A stretch of DNA of 64,000 nucleotides from Paracoccaceae bacterium. Its GTDB lineage: Bacteria; Pseudomonadota; Alphaproteobacteria; Rhodobacterales; Rhodobacteraceae. The notes under the pieces are model-generated. The model worked only from the letters and a program-made list of their open reading frames with translations, did no database searches and was not told the DNA's origin. Location of the stretch: the NCBI GenBank assembly GCA_050330995.1, contig JBHJHI010000057.1:1649-65648 (forward strand). Reading direction: 5' to 3'. Position numbers and translations under genes: made by a program. The stretch's first letter is position 1, and each line of letters begins with the position of its first letter. This document shows positions 57,899-64,000 of this stretch, piece after piece.

Positions 57899-59259
57899 GC
57901 CCGTCCCGTTCGTCTCGCTTGGCGCGTCGTCGATGTGTCGCGAACTGTCGCAGCGGCAATCTCGCCGGAGAGGAGCGCCCCCTCGATGGTGGCCGGCAGG
58001 CCCGTGTCGGTGGCGTCGCCCGCGAGCACGACGTTGGCGAGCCGCGTGCGCGCGCCCGGTCGTCTCGCGATGCCCGCCGGGGATTGATCGAAGGTCGCTC
58101 TCTTCTCCGCGATCAGGCGTGTTGCGATGCGGTCGTTATCCCCCAGCGACAGCGCCGCGCCCACGTCGCGCCACAATCGCGTCGCCACTTCGTCACGCGG
58201 TGTTGCGAGGATGCCGAGTTCGTGCGCCCCGCTGACGGTCACGCTGACCACGTCGCCGCGCACGAACACCCACTGCGCGAGCGCGCCGAGGAGCCCGGTG
58301 ATCGGGGCCGCGCCCTCCAGCCGGCGCGCGTCGCGGACCACGAAGTGCGCGTTCAGGATCGCGCCGTCGTCGGCGGGCGCCTCGATCCCGGGCATCAGCT
58401 TCGCGAGACGCGAGGGCGGCAGCGCCAGCACCAGCGCGTCCTCCGCCCCGAGCGCGATCCGTCGCGCGCCGAGGCTCAGCGCCGTGGCCCGCCGCCCGTC
58501 GTCCTCGATGCCCGAGACGGCCGCGTTAGTCTCGACCCGCGCGCCGAGCGCGGCGAGGCGGGCGAGGGCGGGAGCGACGAAGGCAGCCCCAAGGCCCTTC
58601 GGCGCCAGCATCGGCCGCGCATGCGCCGCGCCTCTCAGGAAGGTCTTGCGCATCACCCGCCAGAGGAGCCGCGCCTGCCCGCGTTCGGGCACGGTGTTGA
58701 GCACCGCGAGCGTCATCGGCTCCCAGAAGCCGCGCCAGAGGGGGCCTCGCCCCCGGATCGCCTCGGCGACCGTCGCGCGCGGGGCCGCGGCGGCGAGGCG
58801 CCAGCCTTCGAGATACTCGCCGAGCGACGTGCCCGGCACCCGGCGCGAGGGGGCGAGCACCCACCAGGGAACCGGCCCGTCCGAGAGCGCGAGCGTGAAG
58901 CGCCGCGCGTCGCCCGTCGCGTCGAGGTCGACCATCGGGAAGTCGGCCTCGTCGAGCGCGACGAGCGCGTCGGCACCGCCCGAGCGCGCGAGATAGCGCG
59001 CGACCGCGTCGTTGCCGGTCAGCACCAGATGGTTGCCGTTGTCGATCTCGCGGTCGAGCGCGCGGTCGTGGAAGGTGCGGCAGCGCCCGCCGGCCTGACC
59101 CGCGGCCTCGTGGACGACCACGCGGTCCCCGGCCTCGGCCAGCGTCAGCGCGGCCGAGAGCCCGGCCATGCCGCCGCCGACGACGTGGACCGTACCGCCA
59201 CGGGGGCCCGTCCCTTCCGCCGCCCCGGCCGGGGCGGGCGCCGTCTGCACGCCGTCCAC
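57895..59259 (-). CDS. hpnE: Hydroxysqualene dehydroxylase (FAD-dependent)
   Basis: VVGGGMAGLSAA, GGRCRT, DNGNHLVL, EKRATF, LAGD-TDTGLPATIEGA. Start codon approximate. Confidence 0.9.
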   Translation of the reverse strand: MDGVQTAPAPAGAAEGTGPRGGTVHVVGGGMAGLSAALTLAEAGDRVVVHEAAGQAGGRCRTFHDRALDREIDNGNHLVLTGNDAVARYLARSGGADALVALDEADFPMVDLDATGDARRFTLALSDGPVPWWVLAPSRRVPGTSLGEYLEGWRLAAAAPRATVAEAIRGRGPLWRGFWEPMTLAVLNTVPERGQARLLWRVMRKTFLRGAAHARPMLAPKGLGAAFVAPALARLAALGARVETNAAVSGIEDDGRRATALSLGARRIALGAEDALVLALPPSRLAKLMPGIEAPADDGAILNAHFVVRDARRLEGAAPITGLLGALAQWVFVRGDVVSVTVSGAHELGILATPRDEVATRLWRDVGAALSLGDNDRIATRLIAEKRATFDQSPAGIARRPGARTRLANVVLAGDATDTGLPATIEGALLSGEIAAATVRDTSTTRQARRTGRA

Positions 59260-59264
59260 GGTCC

Positions 59265-60188
59265 TTACCCCGCGCGGCGGCGGAAGGCGGCGGGATGCGC
59301 CACGGCGGCGAGCGCGGCGGCGAGCTTGGCGGGCTTGGAGAGCCTGACCCGCGGCTCGGGCGCGAAGCCCCGGCCCGCGAGGCGGTTCAGCGTCGCCTCG
59401 TAGACGCCCAGCATCATCAGCGCCGGCATGAGGCGATGGCGGGAATGGGCGGGCAGCGCCGCGCGTGCGGCGTCGAACTCGGCGCGCGCGAGGCGGGCGA
59501 GGTCGCGCGACAGCGCCGGCAGTCGCGGATGACGGGCGACGGCGGCGGGATCGGGGGGGATGGCGTGGTGCTCCAGCATCTCGGCGGGCAGATAGAGCCG
59601 ACCCCGCTCCGCGTCCTCCGCCACGTCGCGCAGAATGTTGGTCAGTTGCAGCGCGTCGGCGAGCGCCAGGGCGAAGCGCTCGGACACCGCGCCCCGCCAG
59701 GCGCCGAAGATCCGCATCGACAGACAGCCGATCGTGCCGGCGACGCGGCGCGTGTAGGCGCGGAGATCCGCCATCGGCGGCGCGACCACCGGGCCGGTCG
59801 CGTCGATCTCCATGCCCTCGATCAGGAGCAGGAACTCGCGCCTCGGCAGGGCGAAGGCCGCGACCGGGCCGTCGAGCGCGCGCCCGATCGCCGAGCGGGC
59901 GCGGCCCTCGTAGAGCGCGTCGATCTCGTCGCGCCAAGCGGCGAGCAACCGGGCGCGGACGTTCTCGTCCATCGGCTCGTCGGCGACGTCGTCGATCACG
60001 CGGGCGAAGGCGTAGAGCGCCCACATCCCCTCGCGACGCGCCTTCGGCAGCGCGCGCATGCCGGGGCCGAACGACGAGCCGGCCGCGCGCGTGATCGCCG
60101 CCGCCCGCGCACGCGCGTCGCCCTCGAAGGGCAGCGGCGCCAGGGGCGCGAGCGCGGTCGGCCAGCCGCCGTCGAGGCGTTGCAGCAT
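59265..60188 (-). CDS. hpnD: Presqualene diphosphate synthase
   Basis: GSSFGPGM, FARVIDDVAD, GMEID, YTRRVAG, LQLTNILRDVAEDA, GRLYLP. Confidence 0.9.
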   Translation of the reverse strand: MLQRLDGGWPTALAPLAPLPFEGDARARAAAITRAAGSSFGPGMRALPKARREGMWALYAFARVIDDVADEPMDENVRARLLAAWRDEIDALYEGRARSAIGRALDGPVAAFALPRREFLLLIEGMEIDATGPVVAPPMADLRAYTRRVAGTIGCLSMRIFGAWRGAVSERFALALADALQLTNILRDVAEDAERGRLYLPAEMLEHHAIPPDPAAVARHPRLPALSRDLARLARAEFDAARAALPAHSRHRLMPALMMLGVYEATLNRLAGRGFAPEPRVRLSKPAKLAAALAAVAHPAAFRRRAG

Positions 60189-61051
60189 CAACCCGGCCTC
60201 GCGAGCCGCGACAGCCCGGCGAACGCGCCGAGGGCGAGATCGAGCGGGCGGTGGCGCACGCGCGTGGCCAGCGGGTCCTCGCGCCTCAGCCGCCGCGCGA
60301 GGCAACGGGCGAGGCGCTGGATCACCGCGACCTCGGCGGCGAGGCGGCGGTCGCGCACCATCGCCGCGAGCGGCGCCGAGCGTTCGAGCAGCCGGTCGGT
60401 GCGGTCGAGGCAGGCGTCGATCGCGCGGCGCAGCCCCGGCGAAGCGCTCGGCGCGTCGAGCGCGGTCTCGTCGATCCCGGCTTCGGCCATGATCGAGGCG
60501 GGCAGGTAGACCCGGTCCAGCCGCTCGCGGTCGGGGCGCAGGTCCTGGAGGTGGTTGAGCACCTGGAGTGCCGCGCAGAGCGCGTCGCCCGGCCCTTCCG
60601 TCGCCCGGTCCTCGCCGTGCAGGCGCAGGAGATAGCGCCCGACCGGATGGGCCGAATGGGCGCAGTAGTCCAGCAGTTCGTCCCAATCGGCGTAGCGCGC
60701 CTTCAGCGCGTCCTGCCGGAAGGCGACGAGCAGGTCGGTGGCGCACTCGACCGGAATCCCGGTCTCGGCGAGCGAGGCGCCGAGGCGGCGCGCGATCGCC
60801 GGCCCGCCGCGGCCGGTGCGCAACGCCGCCCCGCAGGCGTCCAGGCGGCGGACCTTCTCCTCCGGCGCGAGATGCGGGTCGTCGGCGATGTCGTCGGTGG
60901 CGCGCGCGAAGGCGTAGTAGGCCATGACGTGCAGCCGAAGGCGCCGCGCGATTAGGCGCGAGGCGACGGGGAAGTTCTCGTCACCCGCCCCCTTGCCCGA
61001 GGGCGCGAGCAGCGCGTCGTCCTCGCGCTCGGTCGCGATCTCGGCGGTCAT
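60188..61051 (-). CDS. hpnC: Hydroxysqualene synthase
   Basis: ENFPVAS, FARATDDIAD, AFRQD, YCAHSAHPVGR, LQVLNHLQD, DRVYLP. Confidence 0.92.
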   Translation of the reverse strand: MTAEIATEREDDALLAPSGKGAGDENFPVASRLIARRLRLHVMAYYAFARATDDIADDPHLAPEEKVRRLDACGAALRTGRGGPAIARRLGASLAETGIPVECATDLLVAFRQDALKARYADWDELLDYCAHSAHPVGRYLLRLHGEDRATEGPGDALCAALQVLNHLQDLRPDRERLDRVYLPASIMAEAGIDETALDAPSASPGLRRAIDACLDRTDRLLERSAPLAAMVRDRRLAAEVAVIQRLARCLARRLRREDPLATRVRHRPLDLALGAFAGLSRLARPG

Positions 61052-61240
61052 GCGCGGGCTCTCCCGTGATTGGTGCGGTGCGACACTAGGCACGCGGCCC
61101 GAGCCTGTCCACGCCGCGCCGTCGGGATGGGCGCATCGCCGCGGCCTGCCCGTGGCGCCGCCGCGACGCTGCCGCTCCGGGCGGCGCGGTCGTCGTCCGG
61201 ACGCTTGCCGAGGCGGCGGACGGGACATAGGCGCTCGGCC

Positions 61241-62401
61241 ATGCTCGCGCTCGCCGTCGTCTCGCTCCTGATCTGGCTCGCGCTCCTGACGCTGCATCGC
61301 GGCTTCTGGCGCGCCGACGTCCGGCTGCCGGCCCGCCCTCGGCCCGCGCGGGCCGAAGGCGTGGTCGCCGTGATCCCCGCGCGCGACGAGGCGGCCTCGA
61401 TCGGCACCGTGCTCGCGGCGCACGCGGCGAGCGACTATCCGGGCGCCTTCTCGGTGGTGGTGGTCGACGACGGCTCGCGCGACGCGACGCGGGCGATCGC
61501 CGGGGACCGCGCCGCCGGGTCGGCGCGCCGCATCGAGGTCGTCGCCGGGACCGCGCTGCCGCGCGGCTGGTCGGGCAAGCTCTGGGCGGTGGCGCAGGGG
61601 ATCGAGGCGGCCGGGCGGGTCGCCCCGCAGGCGCGCTGGCTCCTGCTCACCGACGCCGACATCGTCCACGCGCCCTCGACCCTCTCGCGCCTCGTGGCGA
61701 CGGCCGAGGCGGAGGGGCGGGTGCTGGTCTCGCTGATGGCGCGGCTCGACACCGGCGGCGGCGCCCTCGGCCGGCTGCTGGGCGGGGCTTACGTCTTCTT
61801 CTTCCAGAAGCTCTACCCGTTCCGCGCGGTGGCCGACCCGCGCTCGCGCGTCGCCGGGGCGGCGGGCGGCTGCGTGCTGGTCGAGCGCGCCGCGCTCGAG
61901 GCGGCCGGGGGGATCGGGGCGATCCGCGGCGCGCTGATCGACGATTGCGCGCTGGCGGCGGCGGTCAAGAAGGTGCGGCCGGACGGGCTCTGGCTCGGCC
62001 TCGCCGCCACCGAGGTCCGGTCGCTGCGCGACACCGGCCGGCTCGCCACGATCTGGGAGACGGTCGCGCGCACCGCCTTCGCCCAACTTCGCCGCTCGTA
62101 CGCGCTGGTCGCGCTCTCGACGCTCGCCATGGCGCTCGTCTACCTCGTGCCGCCCACGGCGACGCTCGCGGGGCTCGCCGCCGGGGCGCCCGCGACGGCC
62201 GTGGCCGGCGTCGCTGGCTGGATCGCGATGGCCGCGGCCTTCCGCCCGACGCTCGCGCTCTACGGCGGCTCGCGCGCGCTGGGGCTCGCGCTGCCGCTGG
62301 CGGCGGCGGTCTACATGGCGATGACCCTCGACAGCGCGCGGCGCAGTCTGGTCGGGCGCGGCGGGCCGTGGAAGGGGCGGACCTACGCCGACCTCGGCTG
62401 A
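61241..62401 (+). CDS. hpnB: Hopanoid-associated GT2 glycosyltransferase
   Basis: VIPARDEA, VDDGSRD, GWSGKLWA, TDADI, FFQKLYPF, AAGGC, IDDCALA, WKGR. Confidence 0.85.
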   Translation: MLALAVVSLLIWLALLTLHRGFWRADVRLPARPRPARAEGVVAVIPARDEAASIGTVLAAHAASDYPGAFSVVVVDDGSRDATRAIAGDRAAGSARRIEVVAGTALPRGWSGKLWAVAQGIEAAGRVAPQARWLLLTDADIVHAPSTLSRLVATAEAEGRVLVSLMARLDTGGGALGRLLGGAYVFFFQKLYPFRAVADPRSRVAGAAGGCVLVERAALEAAGGIGAIRGALIDDCALAAAVKKVRPDGLWLGLAATEVRSLRDTGRLATIWETVARTAFAQLRRSYALVALSTLAMALVYLVPPTATLAGLAAGAPATAVAGVAGWIAMAAAFRPTLALYGGSRALGLALPLAAAVYMAMTLDSARRSLVGRGGPWKGRTYADLG

Positions 62402-63429
62402 GCGGCGACCGGGTAGAGGCGCGCGTGCAGCGGCGCCTTCGGGCGCAGCCGCAGCCGATCCTCGGCCGCGTACCACAACAGCGCCTCGGCGAGGGCGTCG
62501 TCGATGCCCGGCGGCGCCCAGCCGTGCGCGCGCCGCGCGAGGCGGGGATCGAAGCGCGGCGCGATCGCGGCGAGGCGCACGCCGGTCAGCGGCGCGCTCG
62601 GTGCGCGGCGGACATACGTCGCCACCGTCTCCTCCGCGCGGGCGAAGGCGAGAGCGAGGCGCGCCGGCACCCGGCCCGTCGCCGGCCGCCGCGCGGTGAG
62701 CGCCGCGACGCGCGCGGCGAGGTCGTGCAGCCCGACGCTCTCGCCGCTCAGCAGGTAGCGCCGGCCCGGCCGGCCGTGGTCGAGCGCGGCGAGGATGCCG
62801 CCCGCCAGAGCACGCACGTCGACGAGATCGATCACGCTGTCCATCAGCGCCGGCACCCGGCCGCGCGCGAGGTCCAGGAGCAGCCGTCCGGGCGGCGTCG
62901 GGCTCGCGTCGCCGGGACCGACGGGGGCCGAGGGCAGCACCGAGAGGGCGTGGGTCCCCGCCTCGGCCGCCCGCTCGACCGCGATCTCGGCGGCGCGCTT
63001 CGAGGCGGGGTAGGGGCCGGTCAGCCGATCGGGCGGGTGGACCTCGCCCTCCGTCAGCCAGGCGCCGTGCGGGCAGTCGGCCGCGACCAGCGTGGTGTAG
63101 GACGAGACCAGCACGAAGCGCGCGCCCGCCGCCCAGGCGGCGTCGAGCGCGATCTCGGTGCCCTCGCGGTTGATCGCGTCGTGCGCGCCCGGGCGCTCGG
63201 CCCAGAGATCGGCGATCGCGGCGGCGTGGATCACCGCGTCGCAGCCCTCGGCGGCCGCGCGCATCGCGCCACGGTCGGTGACGGTGGCGCGCCGGCGCTC
63301 GGCGGCGTCGGGAAAGCCGGGCGCGAAGGCGAGGTCGAGCCCTACCGCCGCGTCGCCGCGCGCGAGCAGAGCGGCGACGAGGTGGCGGCCGAGGAAGCCG
63401 TCGGCGCCGGTGACGAGCACGCGCCTCAT
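62383..63429 (-). CDS. hpnA: NAD-dependent epimerase/dehydratase (HpnA-like)
   Basis: VTGADGFLG, YPASK (YxxxK), PVGPGD--PTPPG, VDVRALAGG, GRRYLLSG; hopanoid cluster context. Confidence 0.7.
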   Translation of the reverse strand: MRRVLVTGADGFLGRHLVAALLARGDAAVGLDLAFAPGFPDAAERRRATVTDRGAMRAAAEGCDAVIHAAAIADLWAERPGAHDAINREGTEIALDAAWAAGARFVLVSSYTTLVAADCPHGAWLTEGEVHPPDRLTGPYPASKRAAEIAVERAAEAGTHALSVLPSAPVGPGDASPTPPGRLLLDLARGRVPALMDSVIDLVDVRALAGGILAALDHGRPGRRYLLSGESVGLHDLAARVAALTARRPATGRVPARLALAFARAEETVATYVRRAPSAPLTGVRLAAIAPRFDPRLARRAHGWAPPGIDDALAEALLWYAAEDRLRLRPKAPLHARLYPVAAQPRSA

Positions 63430-63998
63430 GAGCCGCACACCAGCAGGCCGGCGGCGTAGGCCGAGCCCGCGATCAGCGCGCCCTCGTGCCAGATCGCGAC
63501 CGAGGCCCCGGAGAACAGCTCGCCGAGCGGGTCGTCGAACAGGACCTCCACCCGCTCGGTCTCCGGCGTCACCGCGACGATGCGCGAGGGGGCGCGGTCG
63601 ACGTAGCCGAGGGTGTAGAGCCAGTAGTCGAACAGATCCGGGTGCAGCGCCGCGATCAGGCTGCCGCGCGGGCCGGGCGTGAGGTTGTCGGGCCCGCCCG
63701 GCAGCTCGACGCTCTCGCCCGAGGCCGCGTCGGTCAGGCGCTCGCCCCGCGTCTCGGCCACGACGATCCGCCCGCGGTCGAGGTCGAGGCCGTTGGCGAA
63801 GGCGAGCCCATCGGCCAGCTCGCGCGCGCCGCGCGCCCCCACGGTGACGATGCTGCCGGTCTCGCTCCCGAGCACGAGGTCGCGCCAGGACGCGGTGCAG
63901 TCGGCGCGGTCGCGGCTGGCCAGGAGATCGGCGCCGCGCCAGAGCAGGTCGTTGGCACGGCAGGCGTCCGGCTCGGCCCATCGCCCTTCCGGCGTGAA
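63426..63998 (-). CDS. Paraoxonase/strictosidine-synthase-like six-bladed beta-propeller (5'-partial)
   Basis: ANDL, GLAFANGL, AETRG, LPGGPDNL, ALHP, GELFSGASVA, GSAY blade motifs; ATGA overlap with hpnA; the ORF runs off the window edge. Confidence 0.65.
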   Translation of the reverse strand, partial: FTPEGRWAEPDACRANDLLWRGADLLASRDRADCTASWRDLVLGSETGSIVTVGARGARELADGLAFANGLDLDRGRIVVAETRGERLTDAASGESVELPGGPDNLTPGPRGSLIAALHPDLFDYWLYTLGYVDRAPSRIVAVTPETERVEVLFDDPLGELFSGASVAIWHEGALIAGSAYAAGLLVCGS

Positions 63999-64000
63999 GC

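Noticed and set aside
1-64000. Many long overlapping ORFs in the six-frame track (e.g. 17816-21190, 43110-46043, 48364-50982, 55985-58087)
   Set aside because: Arg/Ala/Pro/Gly-rich shadow frames opposite or offset from clear genes; expected at this GC content.
1-64000. CRISPR array, integrase or prophage genes
   Set aside because: No regularly spaced direct repeats, cas genes, recombinase or phage structural genes were seen.

Overview
Very GC-rich alphaproteobacterial chromosome segment. The gene neighbourhoods (DUF1489, the alkA-esterase-HNH / dsbB-yqaA-tRNA-Leu block, a VPLPA-CTERM protein) suggest Rhodobacterales. In order the window holds: the 3' end of a calcineurin-like phosphoesterase; a PhnDCEE-type ABC transporter with no C-P lyase in view; a decayed IS5/IS903-like element beside tRNA-Gln(UUG); queG and ygfZ; an MFS + TIGR04283/TIGR04282 transferase operon; dapB; a pim-like beta-oxidation cluster with a broken acyl-CoA dehydrogenase; a gpsA-HAD-ggpS glucosylglycerol operon directly downstream of a seven-gene Mrp Na+/H+ antiporter; accA; a repair/housekeeping block; tRNA-Leu(CAA); a type I secretion ABC+MFP pair; and a hopanoid cluster of about 16 kb (ispA, vacJ, hpnN, M, H, G, shc, E, D, C, B, A, plus a paraoxonase-like propeller running off the right edge). 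That cluster is interrupted by an AT-rich, operator-bearing VPLPA-CTERM insertion. The most notable items are the hopanoid synthesis/trafficking locus with its unusual accessory genes, the candidate glucosylglycerol phosphatase, a His-substituted tandem PilJ/NarX-like secreted protein, and a transposase-less segment resembling IS110 non-coding ends. Most long ORFs in the supplied track are GC-rich shadow frames. All family calls come from motif recognition by eye, not from database searches.
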